The translations under genes and the position numbers were made by a program. A DNA stretch of 64,000 nt, from positions 1-64,000 of IMG/VR virus record IMGVR_UViG_3300029288_005871; one strand, written 5' to 3'. The notes under the pieces are model-generated. The model ran no database searches and was not told the origin of the DNA. It saw nothing but the letters and a program-made list of their open reading frames with translations. Positions 19,245 to 29,342 of the stretch are shown in pieces (the first letter of the stretch is position 1; every line of letters starts with the position of its first letter). The DNA comes from a virus (Duplodnaviria > Caudoviricetes).

Positions 19245-20062
19245 TTTTGGTATACAAAATATAAATAAAAATCTACTGGTAAACTATGATATTTCCTTGT
19301 GTATTTGTACCAAATGTAAAAATCGTTTCCCATCGGATTACCCAACTCCTTAACAAACTTTTTTCCTCTTTCTTCTACGTCAACTTGAAAAAATGATCTA
19401 ATCTCAGGAAACTCCAATTGTGCCATACAAGAAAAATCCCACGGACTACAGGCTGACAATTCCCCCCTCCGATGATAAATCTTCTCCATCTCATCCTGAT
19501 TTTCTGGCGTAAAGTTTCCATGAGGGAACCCGCCTAACTCTTCATAAACGCTACGGTGGAAAATAAATGTCCCATTGACTATTTTGCCACCCCCAAAGAT
19601 TTCATGTCCTACCGCCTCTTTAGTAGGCGCAAACGGCCCTCTGGTAGTCATCTTACCATCCTTATGGATATAAATTGCCCCGAAATTAAACATTTTATAA
19701 TCTGGATTTTCATTTATGATTTTAGCTAAAATCTGCAAGGCATAAGGGGAAAGTTGATCATCAGAGTCTAAAAAAACAAACCAGTCATTCTTAGCTAACA
19801 GCATGGCTTCATAATAACAGTTTATCCTCTCCAGATGGAGAGGATTACTTATTATATTCAGCCAAGGATAAAGTAGCTTCATCCCTTTCTTTTCTTCCTC
19901 AGTTAAAGGCAAAGTTGACCCATCCTCATAAACAATATGCTCAAATTTACTAGATGGATAAGTTTGTCCCGCTATACTATAGATAGCCCTAAATAACCCT
20001 TGCTTACGGTCATCACTGTATAAAAAAACAGGGGTTATTATAGAAAAAGTCGGTTCACTCAT
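19241..20062 (-). CDS. Glycosyltransferase family 2
   Basis: FSIITPVF, IVYEDGS, WFVFLDSDD, LGGFP. Confidence 0.9.
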   Translation of the reverse strand: MSEPTFSIITPVFLYSDDRKQGLFRAIYSIAGQTYPSSKFEHIVYEDGSTLPLTEEEKKGMKLLYPWLNIISNPLHLERINCYYEAMLLAKNDWFVFLDSDDQLSPYALQILAKIINENPDYKMFNFGAIYIHKDGKMTTRGPFAPTKEAVGHEIFGGGKIVNGTFIFHRSVYEELGGFPHGNFTPENQDEMEKIYHRRGELSACSPWDFSCMAQLEFPEIRSFFQVDVEERGKKFVKELGNPMGNDFYIWYKYTRKYHSLPVDFYLYFVYQK

Positions 20063-20856
20063 TTTGACTCTTTAATTAATCCTTCATTAATTTTCTCTGC
20101 CACATTTAAAAGGCTTAATCCTTCTGGATGATATTTACTGACAAAAGATTTTAGATCTTTCCTTAAACAATGGCCTCCAAATCCCCTGTATCCTCCCTGC
20201 CAAACATCCCACCCGTTTTTACTCCCCCATTTATGAGCCTCCAAAGTTTTTTTTACCTGTTCATAATTTGCACCTGATTTTTTAGCCACATCAAAAATCT
20301 GGTTGGCATAAATAACTTTCAAGGCAAAAAAGCAATTCATGGAATATTTTATAAGTTCAGCCGTAGTCGGATCACAAAGAATAAACCTTTTATTATAAAC
20401 CAGATTACCAGTAAATATTTCTTTCAATTTTTCCCTGATAATAAGGTTTCTACAGCCAATCACTATAAATTCAGGATACAACTCATCCTCAATCGCCGTT
20501 GCCTCTGTCAAAAATTCAGGAATATGGGCTATTTCCAACTTGTATTTTTTAGATAGATAATCCGTAGTTCCAGGAAGAATAGTAGAACGGATAATAACTA
20601 TTGGCTTTGTTTGTACCTTATTTTTGATAAATTTAAGCCAGTAATGAATTGCCTGAAGATCCTGCTCACCATTATTCTTTGTAAGTGTCGGCAAACAAAG
20701 AAAAAAATGTTTTTTTCTGGTTAATTCATCAATATCAATATTACCACTATCCTTGTTATAATAATCAGGAATTTTTAAAGCATAGCTGGTAGCTTGACCG
20801 ACTACACCATAACCGATTATCACTGATTTATAAGCTTGTATATCTTTCATATTCAA
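20059..20856 (-). CDS. UDP-glucose/GDP-mannose dehydrogenase family protein
   Basis: IIGYGVVG, CLPT, IRSTILPGT, PEFL, AELIKY..N, GFGGHCLRKD. Confidence 0.9.
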   Translation of the reverse strand: MNMKDIQAYKSVIIGYGVVGQATSYALKIPDYYNKDSGNIDIDELTRKKHFFLCLPTLTKNNGEQDLQAIHYWLKFIKNKVQTKPIVIIRSTILPGTTDYLSKKYKLEIAHIPEFLTEATAIEDELYPEFIVIGCRNLIIREKLKEIFTGNLVYNKRFILCDPTTAELIKYSMNCFFALKVIYANQIFDVAKKSGANYEQVKKTLEAHKWGSKNGWDVWQGGYRGFGGHCLRKDLKSFVSKYHPEGLSLLNVAEKINEGLIKESK

Positions 20857-22154
20857 TCATTTGAGTAAAAAATGGGCTCAATTTCATTTTTAAAAATCCA
20901 CATCGGGTTTCTATATCTTTTTAATCTCTTCTGCTGTGCCAATACCATATTATTCTCTATCTCATACTTTATCCGCATCGCCACATCATGATAAAACCCA
21001 TGCTCATCACTATAAGTAGTGGAAATATCACCATCTAACCCGTCAAAACCGATATTTGAGGAAAACTGCTTATAAATAGCATGTCGGCCATAAATATCCC
21101 TGAACGGAGCAAAATCATGGTTCAAAACGAGTAAGTTGCCCAAAAGTGCCGCTTCCTGAGCTACCAGAGAATAAGTCTCGCTTTTACTAGGCATAATAAA
21201 TACATTTGAAAGTTCCATCAGGTCATGTACCGCTTTATTAGGTATACTCACATGCCAACTTTCATGGAATTCCGAAGTAAATGTCAAATCCTGATCATTT
21301 AAACCCCAATCTATAGCTATCTGGTGCAAATCTTTACGGTAAGTTACCTTATCCCCGCCAGTCGAATGGAAATCACAAACTACTACCCTTACAGAATAGT
21401 TCAGTTTTTTCAGCTCTGCCATAGTCTTTATCACTACTTCTACCTGTTTACCCCTGTCTAACCTAACAGGGTATATAGCCATAGCATCGGCATTAAATAA
21501 ATTTTTCTCCATTGCCAATTGCGTTACCATCGGTTCCCATTTACCAAAGCTCGGCAGGTTAGTAGAATGATGAACCACTTTTACTTGGTCTTCCTCATAA
21601 CCAAAGTTTCTGGCAACTCTTGGAATAGAATAAGAATTAGGGAAAATGACAAAACTATTAGGAAAACGGGTAGCTATGACATCAAAATAAGCATCACCCT
21701 GTTTCAGTTCCTTGCCTAAAGTATAAGGGGAAGTAGCTGAATGTACCCAATGAAGCCACCTGATTTTTTTGATATGCTCGTCTTCATCTATCGCTTTTCT
21801 GGCGGCAAAATTAAGTTTTAAACTTTCTGGCTGATAAATCAAGTCATGAGTTAAAACAACATCAACATCTTTTAAATTCTCAACCAATGCCACTTTCAAC
21901 TTTTCCACATCATCTTTAAATGTGGCATCTACCGCTTCATTTATATAATTACTACAAGGGACTACAGGAATATACCGCAGTTTTACTTGGGGAAGTTCAT
22001 AGACATCTTCCCTCCTGAATCCCGCCTTGACAATTACTACCGGCTCATATCCGCCAGCAACCAGCATCCGTATCTGGTTTGCCACTACGCCACATAAAGA
22101 ATAACTACCGTCATGTGAAGTGAACGAAGTCAAAATTGCTACAACCTTAGACAT
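20853..22154 (-). CDS. Glycosyltransferase, GT-B fold (GT4-like)
   Basis: LTHD, PVRLDRGKQVE, LSNVFIMPSKSETYSLVAQEA. Confidence 0.82.
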   Translation of the reverse strand: MSKVVAILTSFTSHDGSYSLCGVVANQIRMLVAGGYEPVVIVKAGFRREDVYELPQVKLRYIPVVPCSNYINEAVDATFKDDVEKLKVALVENLKDVDVVLTHDLIYQPESLKLNFAARKAIDEDEHIKKIRWLHWVHSATSPYTLGKELKQGDAYFDVIATRFPNSFVIFPNSYSIPRVARNFGYEEDQVKVVHHSTNLPSFGKWEPMVTQLAMEKNLFNADAMAIYPVRLDRGKQVEVVIKTMAELKKLNYSVRVVVCDFHSTGGDKVTYRKDLHQIAIDWGLNDQDLTFTSEFHESWHVSIPNKAVHDLMELSNVFIMPSKSETYSLVAQEAALLGNLLVLNHDFAPFRDIYGRHAIYKQFSSNIGFDGLDGDISTTYSDEHGFYHDVAMRIKYEIENNMVLAQQKRLKRYRNPMWIFKNEIEPIFYSND

Positions 22155-22180
22155 TTTTACTCCTTTAATTAATTTATTAA

Positions 22181-22330
22181 TTATTGTTTAACCTGCTGTG
22201 AAGGTTCTAACTCCTGAGTCAAAGTGCTTGGTACTGGTTTTACCTCCACTTTCTCCGGTTGGCTGTTAAGCTTTGGTTTTTCGTAATTAGGAACTTTTAC
22301 ATCTTTTGGTCTATCCTGAATATCTGCCAT
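22181..22330 (-). CDS. Small Pro/Lys/Gln-rich hypothetical protein (49 aa; not in ORF track)
   Basis: GGAGGTGA Shine-Dalgarno before the ATG at 22330. Confidence 0.5.
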   Translation of the reverse strand: MADIQDRPKDVKVPNYEKPKLNSQPEKVEVKPVPSTLTQELEPSQQVKQ

Positions 22331-22373
22331 AAATTATCACCTCCCCTATTGTTAACATAACAACATATAAATA

Positions 22374-22760
22374 TCAAGCCTGAATTATCCCTAAAACGGT
22401 TGTGCCGGATATTGTCACTACTGACACAGGTTTATTTACCCAAACCTTCTCCATAACCTCACCTGAATCCAACCGATAACCGCCATTCCTGCCAGTTGTT
22501 AAATAACATTCTATCCTGCCTTGGTTCTTAAAAGTAGCAAACCTACCACTACTTATATCCTTAAAAAGAGCCACAGGCTCAGTTGAAACAGACACTTCAG
22601 CAATTATTGTTTCGTGCATTGAAATTTTCACAAAATCCACCAGATAGTCACGAAAATCATTCAAAAAGTCAAAATAAATATGTTTTAAATCACTTCTTCT
22701 TTTGATGGATTCACTGACTTCTTTATTATTGTCTAAATCACTATACATTTGTTCATTCAT
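22374..22760 (-). CDS. Hypothetical protein
   Basis: Likely start MNEQMY just after the head-protein stop codon. Confidence 0.55.
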   Translation of the reverse strand: MNEQMYSDLDNNKEVSESIKRRSDLKHIYFDFLNDFRDYLVDFVKISMHETIIAEVSVSTEPVALFKDISSGRFATFKNQGRIECYLTTGRNGGYRLDSGEVMEKVWVNKPVSVVTISGTTVLGIIQA

Positions 22761-22765
22761 TAACA

Positions 22766-24772
22766 TCATTCTCCTGTCCAAATAGCTCCTTCTATTGTCG
22801 TTGGTAATACTGGCAATAGGAAACATCGGCAATTTAGATGTTGAATAGGAGCAGTTACTCCACCTGGAAATTCATCCCCAACTTTTATTGACCCAACTGC
22901 CTCATTTACTAAGCAGATTTCACAATTGTGAACTACCATTCCATTTACAGTATAACTTTGATCTTCCTCTACAGTTAAATTATAAACTATTTGTCCTGGA
23001 AAATTTTTTGTTCTTGGTTTAAGTTGCCACTTATCTAGTTTTCTAATTGCAATTGGCAAGATACAATTCAACTGTTTAATTTTACTAGCTACTTCAAAAA
23101 AATTATTTCTAATTTGTTGACTAGAAAATCTTAATATATTTATTCCATTTTCCTTAAACCATTGATCTTTTTCTTCATCTTTTTTTTGGATATCTTTCAA
23201 ATTATGAAAAAACCCATCACATTCTATAACAGTCTTTATTGATGGTAAATAAAAATCCGCCCATCCCCATTTACCATTATATTTATAAAACCATTGAGGA
23301 ATAAAATTTATATTTTCTTTTATTAAAAACCATCTCATTTTCTTTTCTATAAAAGTATATCCAAGATGATTTTTACCTAAAGATTTATGAGCAAGTTTTA
23401 ACACTTCTTCTTTCCTTTTTTTATCACCATTAATTATTTTAAATGGATGATTAGGATATTTAGCTGTCCTACAATTATTTCTTATATATATTTCTCTAAA
23501 TTTTTCTTCACTATTCCATCTTTTTTTTATTGTTTCTGATGCCTTCTTTCTGGCTAAAACATATTTATATGGGTTTTTAATTAAATCAATCATCTGAGCT
23601 TTCTTCATTAATTTTACTTTTTTATACTTTTTATTAAACATTATTAATCTTTCTTTCTCTCCTTCTCTTTTCCACTTTTTCTTATTAAACTTTTTTGTAG
23701 AACAAGAATTACATATACTACTAGTGAAAGGAATAATTTTCCCACAGATACATTTTTTCCCTATAAAATAAACCATGTCAGAAGATAATAAAGATTTAGC
23801 CTCACACCATATATCTTTTCCCTCTCTTTTTATTAAAATTGGATGTTCATCTGTTACAGTCATTTTTGCCCCACTTCTACAAATACCTCTTGTTTTTAAA
23901 AATATCCTTACTACTTTACCTGTATACGATCTTTTGAATTTTTTTATTACTTTTTTATATCTATCTTTATGTGTTAAAACAAAATCACCAATTTCAATAT
24001 CTTTTATATTTTTAAAACCGTTTAATGTAGAAACTTTTGCATTCCCTCCTAGAATACAAGTCCTTTCATCCTCGCTCGTCACCCATTTATGTTTCTCAAT
24101 TTTATTCCTTTTATAAGTTTCCAGTTCTACCATCCCCATCGCATTCCCTAATTCCGTTTCAGTTATCAACTGTGACCTTTCCCTAATCATCTTTTCGCTT
24201 TCTTTCTTTAAATATTTGGTTATTTCCTCAGTTGTCAAACCTAAAGCCAATCCCTCTTCTAAAACATTAACCACCCATCTCTGGGTGGTCTTATCAACCA
24301 CACCTGTTAAAAAATCAGCCCTTTGTGACAGTTTATTTTGGATCTCTAAATTATTCAACTCAAAATTATGGTCAGGTATCATCTTTTCCAAAGCTGATTT
24401 TCCTCCCTGACTGCCCGCCCAAAGCAGGAAAGTTAAAATAGTAGCCTTCTCACCATCTAACTGCTCACTTAAAGCCAGCCAGATTAACCCTAACCCCACT
24501 AATAAGTTTGGGTTTTCAATCTTTTGTCTCTCACCGATTAAACCTTGGATTTTATCAACTGTCGCCACATGGCTGATTTGTCTCTTTAAAGCTTTTTCTA
24601 TTTTGTTTTTAAATTCTTCAGCTTCTTTCTTCTTTAAAGCCTGATGCAAAAAAATATTTATACCTGCGGCATAAAAATACCTTTGTAAAGATCTTTTAAC
24701 CAGTCGCAAAGCATCGGGAGGCTGATTCAACAGAGTTTTTTTGTCCGTCAAGGATGTTATCAATTTCATCAT
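22766..24772 (-). CDS. Phage head morphogenesis protein (SPP1 gp7/Mu gpF family), intein-containing
   Basis: R..LITETE..A, KHKWVTSEDERT-CEIC..G, HLNCRC. Confidence 0.85.
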   Translation of the reverse strand: MMKLITSLTDKKTLLNQPPDALRLVKRSLQRYFYAAGINIFLHQALKKKEAEEFKNKIEKALKRQISHVATVDKIQGLIGERQKIENPNLLVGLGLIWLALSEQLDGEKATILTFLLWAGSQGGKSALEKMIPDHNFELNNLEIQNKLSQRADFLTGVVDKTTQRWVVNVLEEGLALGLTTEEITKYLKKESEKMIRERSQLITETELGNAMGMVELETYKRNKIEKHKWVTSEDERTCILGGNAKVSTLNGFKNIKDIEIGDFVLTHKDRYKKVIKKFKRSYTGKVVRIFLKTRGICRSGAKMTVTDEHPILIKREGKDIWCEAKSLLSSDMVYFIGKKCICGKIIPFTSSICNSCSTKKFNKKKWKREGEKERLIMFNKKYKKVKLMKKAQMIDLIKNPYKYVLARKKASETIKKRWNSEEKFREIYIRNNCRTAKYPNHPFKIINGDKKRKEEVLKLAHKSLGKNHLGYTFIEKKMRWFLIKENINFIPQWFYKYNGKWGWADFYLPSIKTVIECDGFFHNLKDIQKKDEEKDQWFKENGINILRFSSQQIRNNFFEVASKIKQLNCILPIAIRKLDKWQLKPRTKNFPGQIVYNLTVEEDQSYTVNGMVVHNCEICLVNEAVGSIKVGDEFPGGVTAPIQHLNCRCFLLPVLPTTIEGAIWTGE
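22925..24058 (-). mobile_element. Intein (378 aa) carrying a zinc-ribbon and a DUF559/Vsr-like endonuclease
   Basis: T|CILGGNAKV...VNGMVVHN|C junctions; ADFYLP..VIECDGFFH..KD.WF..G..ILRF. Confidence 0.88.
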
Positions 24773-26462
24773 ATAAATTCATTAAATGAACATCATCCCG
24801 ATATTCAGAATTTATTAATGGAGCAAAAACCATATCTATTTCTTCCCTAGTCTTTGCATTTGACAGACCACTCTTTATTATCACTTGGGTATGATCATCT
24901 AAAATATCTGTTTTAAACAGACGGGGAGACTTACCGTTTTTCCAGTCATTTATGGCAGCTTTTCTCCATTTCCTTAACTCTTCCATTTTATCCCGCTTCT
25001 GGTAGGCTACCGAAGGGACATTAGGAGTTACCATCGCTTCGCCTGATGGCGGTTTTTTTTCATCTGTCGGAGCAGTCTGTCCTGCCGGTTTATAAGGAAG
25101 TATCGGCATCTGGCCAGCATCACTTTGGCGAGCTAGGTCTTTAACAAAGATAGGTCCGATTGGAGTCATAAATAGCGGGTCTTTTGCTCCAGTCGGAGGT
25201 AATCCCTGTCTTAACCGCCATTCATCAACAGCCAACATACCACCTTGGATCATATCCCTTACCGCCTTTACTTCTTCCGGCTTGGTCGCCAAACTGATAT
25301 TAGTCCAACTGAATTCTAACTCTGGATGCCCCAAATCTTCCTGGATTATTTTATCTATTAATTCATTAATAAATATTGATGTCGGATAAAGACTCCTCTC
25401 CCGATCCTGGTTAACAGAAGTAGTTGAAGTCGCCCTATTGGTGTCAAAAGTAAAACCTATAGAGCTTGGTGCTACCCCGAAAACGCTACACGTATTGAGT
25501 AACAACCACTTCTCAAACCTTTCAAAAGTCATATCGGACATTTTTACTGTCGGCTCGTATTTCATTCCTTCTGGCAAAAACTTTAATTTTCGTTGGAATC
25601 TCGGATCACCAGACAACATCGCATCCCAAGCATCCTGCCAAGCTTTTAACTGATCCCTTGAAGAAGCAATATCCCGTGGTACTTCCACAAACCCCTCCGG
25701 TACATTCCCCTCAACGAGACTGGCAAGATTATAGGCTTGTACTTTCAATGCCGTAGTTACTGTAATTATCAAAGATTCCAATGGGGCAAAACCAAACGGG
25801 GTATAAGTTCGGGGATTCATCATTGTATATAAAAGCTCGTCAGTAGTCAGTCTGGCTATTTCCTGTCCTCTTACCCTTTGCACATAAGCTGCTTTATCAT
25901 CTGCCGGAGTAGTACCATCGTTTTCCAATACCAAATCAATAGTTGCCGCATCAACTGGTAAATAACCAATTACATCGCCTTTCCTGTTCCTTTTCCGGTA
26001 TAAAGCGACAGCATCTATAACAAATAGGTCTTCCAAAAGAGTCTTTAACCATGTATGGAAAGTCCTGTTTTTATCGCCTTGAGGCCGTTTCAAAAAATCA
26101 GTTATTTTTTTGCAGTTTGTAACATTAGTTTTATCATTTAAAGTCTCACTGGATAAATCAATCGGGACAATCTTCCAGTCAAGCTGCATTATCTGCGATT
26201 TTCTATACTCAATACATGACCTAGCTATAGGATAATAATTGGAAAAATCACGCAAAATCCTGAAAGAAACACCTAGAGGAAAAGATTTTCGCAGTCCTCC
26301 GCCTGGATAAGGCAAGTTCACTTGCTGGGGATATAAAGAAACTAATAAATCAGATGGTCCTGCTCCTTTATTAAGTCTGGCGGCAACACGACTCTCAACA
26401 ATTTTATCAATTGTTTCACCGCTTGCTTTTAAAATAATGCCGCTTTTTAAGGGCAGCTCCAT
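24696..26462 (-). CDS. Phage portal protein with C-terminal extension
   Basis: Follows TerL; DAVALY, PFGFAPLE, GNVPEGF, CSVFGVAP..IG, LAVDEWR..GLPP. Confidence 0.85.
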   Translation of the reverse strand: MELPLKSGIILKASGETIDKIVESRVAARLNKGAGPSDLLVSLYPQQVNLPYPGGGLRKSFPLGVSFRILRDFSNYYPIARSCIEYRKSQIMQLDWKIVPIDLSSETLNDKTNVTNCKKITDFLKRPQGDKNRTFHTWLKTLLEDLFVIDAVALYRKRNRKGDVIGYLPVDAATIDLVLENDGTTPADDKAAYVQRVRGQEIARLTTDELLYTMMNPRTYTPFGFAPLESLIITVTTALKVQAYNLASLVEGNVPEGFVEVPRDIASSRDQLKAWQDAWDAMLSGDPRFQRKLKFLPEGMKYEPTVKMSDMTFERFEKWLLLNTCSVFGVAPSSIGFTFDTNRATSTTSVNQDRERSLYPTSIFINELIDKIIQEDLGHPELEFSWTNISLATKPEEVKAVRDMIQGGMLAVDEWRLRQGLPPTGAKDPLFMTPIGPIFVKDLARQSDAGQMPILPYKPAGQTAPTDEKKPPSGEAMVTPNVPSVAYQKRDKMEELRKWRKAAINDWKNGKSPRLFKTDILDDHTQVIIKSGLSNAKTREEIDMVFAPLINSEYRDDVHLMNLYDEIDNILDGQKNSVESASRCFATG

Positions 26463-26463
26463 A

Positions 26464-28212
26464 TTAAAATATCCTCTCTCCCTGCAACTTTACCCACCTA
26501 GCAATCCCCCATAAATTATTGGGGTTTAATTGATCAGGTGAATTATGTTCTTCGCCATACGATTCCAAAAGTGCCTGTCCAACCCCGCCTTTTAATAAAG
26601 CAACCCTATTATAACAGCTGGCATGCATAAAATGATCAGGACCGTTTGGCACCCACTTGGCTACTGTATGACCACTCCTTTCATCCATTATTGTCCGTCT
26701 AATAGATGAAGTGAGATGTTCATAAAATTCAGGGATATACTTTGCGTTTACAGGTAAGATTATCAACTGTCCCTGTATCTCACTTATAAGATAGTCTAAT
26801 GAAATAGTCCTGTCAAGATACACTTCAGCCTTAAAATCATCAAAAATATAATATTCCTGGACATTAAACTTCCTCATCGGGTAATAAGCAGCATATACTT
26901 TATTAGGAAACTTTTCTATCAGTTCCCGTACTTTTCTGGTATCAGGATTAGCATCAATCACTAAAACCTGTATATTAAACCTTTTCATCAAATCTTCCAA
27001 AGAATCAGTCGGCCCGAAAAAATCCTTAACTGTCCCGATCCACAGGTATTTATTTTTATTCCCTTCCTTCTGGCTGATAACCACATGGATAACATTACCC
27101 ACGTCAGCACCAGCATAACAACCGCTACCACCTGTCACCATCTCATGTTTTCCCACACAGGCGTTCAAATCACCAATCAATACTTTCTGCCCCTCCGCCT
27201 CATAAGGAATACCTAATACTTGGTTATAAAACTGCTGCAAAAAAGATATGCCGCTGGCATTAGCCTTTTCATAAGAATCAATTAGTTCTTCAATTGTCCG
27301 TCTGGGATTTAATATTCCACTTATCCTGTACCCATGAACTTCGGTATTTGCAGGATTCTGGACAACCCACCTGCCCATCTTAAACCTGTCAATCGGTTTT
27401 TTACAGTTTCTGCAAACCACCTTTTTCTTCTCAAAATCAATATTAAAGAAAAAATCTATCTCCTGTTCAAGTTTACAGTTGTCACAAGTCAGCATCCATA
27501 CCCTCTGGTCGCTGTTTATATATGCCTCATTTATCCCTGTTCCAGGAAAAGTAGGAGTTGATGCTTCCCTACGCCATTTAAGCTCAGAATGCAAAAGCCT
27601 TTTATCAATATACGGCACATGCTCTTGGACGAAACGATCCCTCTCATCTAGGTAAATACAATCGGCATCCACAGTAATTATTTGCTGCTGGTTTTGGCTA
27701 CCACGCAAATATAAAAACCCTTTACCGATCTGTTTCAAACCTACTTTCTTAACTTTATCCTTTTCATCAATATTTCTCTTTTTCTTCTCATCAGAAGTCA
27801 ACACGCCAGTTATACGGGATAAATAATCAGACTGCATGAAAACCGGCTCAAGCCTTGCCTGGACAAAATCGTTTAATTGGGAACTGGTCGGAAAAGTATA
27901 TAAAACATTCTTGTTTAACCTGTCACAAACCCACACAGCCTCAGAAATCAATCTTTCTGAAAAACCCATCTGTGCTGCTTTTTGATAAACTATACTTGGA
28001 AAATTATCTCTGTAAATATCTACGAGGTATTTATGGTCTTCAAAATCCAATGGTTCGCCTCTGGCAGTCAGCCAAACCACTTTAACCCAAGTAAAATAAT
28101 CATCCAATTCCGTATCATTAAGTGTTTTGGCTACTCTGGTTTTCACCAGATTCTCCAGCTCGGCGAGTACGCTCTCGTCTGATGTTTGCAAGTAATTTGA
28201 TAAGTCCCTCAT
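26464..28212 (-). CDS. terL: Terminase large subunit (lambda GpA-like)
   Basis: YQKAAQMGFSE Walker A, IYLDERD Walker B, ASTPT, AGADVG nuclease motif, DHFMHA. Confidence 0.88.
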   Translation of the reverse strand: MRDLSNYLQTSDESVLAELENLVKTRVAKTLNDTELDDYFTWVKVVWLTARGEPLDFEDHKYLVDIYRDNFPSIVYQKAAQMGFSERLISEAVWVCDRLNKNVLYTFPTSSQLNDFVQARLEPVFMQSDYLSRITGVLTSDEKKKRNIDEKDKVKKVGLKQIGKGFLYLRGSQNQQQIITVDADCIYLDERDRFVQEHVPYIDKRLLHSELKWRREASTPTFPGTGINEAYINSDQRVWMLTCDNCKLEQEIDFFFNIDFEKKKVVCRNCKKPIDRFKMGRWVVQNPANTEVHGYRISGILNPRRTIEELIDSYEKANASGISFLQQFYNQVLGIPYEAEGQKVLIGDLNACVGKHEMVTGGSGCYAGADVGNVIHVVISQKEGNKNKYLWIGTVKDFFGPTDSLEDLMKRFNIQVLVIDANPDTRKVRELIEKFPNKVYAAYYPMRKFNVQEYYIFDDFKAEVYLDRTISLDYLISEIQGQLIILPVNAKYIPEFYEHLTSSIRRTIMDERSGHTVAKWVPNGPDHFMHASCYNRVALLKGGVGQALLESYGEEHNSPDQLNPNNLWGIARWVKLQGERIF

Positions 28213-28699
28213 AATCAAGCTTGTCAAGCATATCGTCAAATTTTGTCTTTGGCAAGTTAACATTAACCTGGGTTAAAGATCCAGGAACCTTACTTGCCTG
28301 TCCATCTAAACCTAATGCTTTCCTTTCAATATTAATGCCAGTTTCTATCAATTTTCTAGCTTCATCTGCCGTTTCAGGTTCAATTGTTTCCAAAGTCCTT
28401 AACCCCCGATGTTGTAAAAGCCTGCCAAGTTTTGCCTGACGCTCTGACAATATTCTGGGATTATTAGCCAGTTCCACCCTACCAGCTACTGGCACTATTT
28501 TACCAATATCATTATTCTCCATGGCCTTAACATTACTCTTCTGCTGTCTGTATTTTTCCTCATCCCATCCCTTCATTTTCGTCTTTAAATAGACGCTTTT
28601 AGCTAAACCTTTCTCCTCTAAATATTCATTTACCTTCATCCATGGACCATTGATAAATTCCTGCCGCATCTGGTCATAGTCATATTTTTTCTCAAACAT
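28118..28699 (-). CDS. Probable terminase small subunit
   Basis: Helical protein directly upstream of TerL; N-terminal HTH-like segment, ERKALGLD. Confidence 0.6.
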   Translation of the reverse strand: MFEKKYDYDQMRQEFINGPWMKVNEYLEEKGLAKSVYLKTKMKGWDEEKYRQQKSNVKAMENNDIGKIVPVAGRVELANNPRILSERQAKLGRLLQHRGLRTLETIEPETADEARKLIETGINIERKALGLDGQASKVPGSLTQVNVNLPKTKFDDMLDKLDYEGLIKLLANIRRERTRRAGESGENQSSQNT

Positions 28700-29342
28700 A
28701 CAATTCACCACTTAAAAGTGCCAACAGTTTTCGGCAACTGGGTCTTTTCCAGCCAAAATACTTGCTGACTTTTATATATTCTTCCTCATTATCAAAAACA
28801 AAAGTCAAAGTCATTTTACCGCCTTCTTTTTCATTATACTCTTTACCCAAATCTTCTTTTTCTTCAATATCCAACCCAAAATCATCCCCTTCATCTAAAT
28901 TGGCAAAATCCTTTTCCAGATCACCGCTGGCCATCTTCAACATTAGGTTTAAAGACTTATCTGTTTCCGGCAAAAGCTTTAACAGTTCTTCCTTATCCTC
29001 CCCAAACTCCTCATACAGATGGGAAATAAGCTTTATCCTTTTTTGGGTATCATCTGTTCCTTTCAAACGGTTTATAGTAGCCAATAAAAGGTCAGCGTGC
29101 TTTTCATCCATTTCCCAAACTTCACACCAAACCTCCTTAAACTCCAATTCTTTACAGACGTTAAAACGGTTATGGCCATCCACTAAAACATATTTATCGC
29201 CTCTTTTAACCACTAAAAGAGAGGGATAATTCCCAGTACTGGAAATATGCCTTTTAAGCTTATTGTACTGGTCTGGACTCATCCCGTTCGGGTTCAGGCT
29301 GTTCGGGCTGATTTTGTTTATCGGTATCTTTATTGCCTGCAT
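28692..29342 (-). CDS. ParB/Srx N-terminal domain protein
   Basis: PNSLNPN, LLV..YVLVDGHNR. Confidence 0.82.
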   Translation of the reverse strand: MQAIKIPINKISPNSLNPNGMSPDQYNKLKRHISSTGNYPSLLVVKRGDKYVLVDGHNRFNVCKELEFKEVWCEVWEMDEKHADLLLATINRLKGTDDTQKRIKLISHLYEEFGEDKEELLKLLPETDKSLNLMLKMASGDLEKDFANLDEGDDFGLDIEEKEDLGKEYNEKEGGKMTLTFVFDNEEEYIKVSKYFGWKRPSCRKLLALLSGELYV

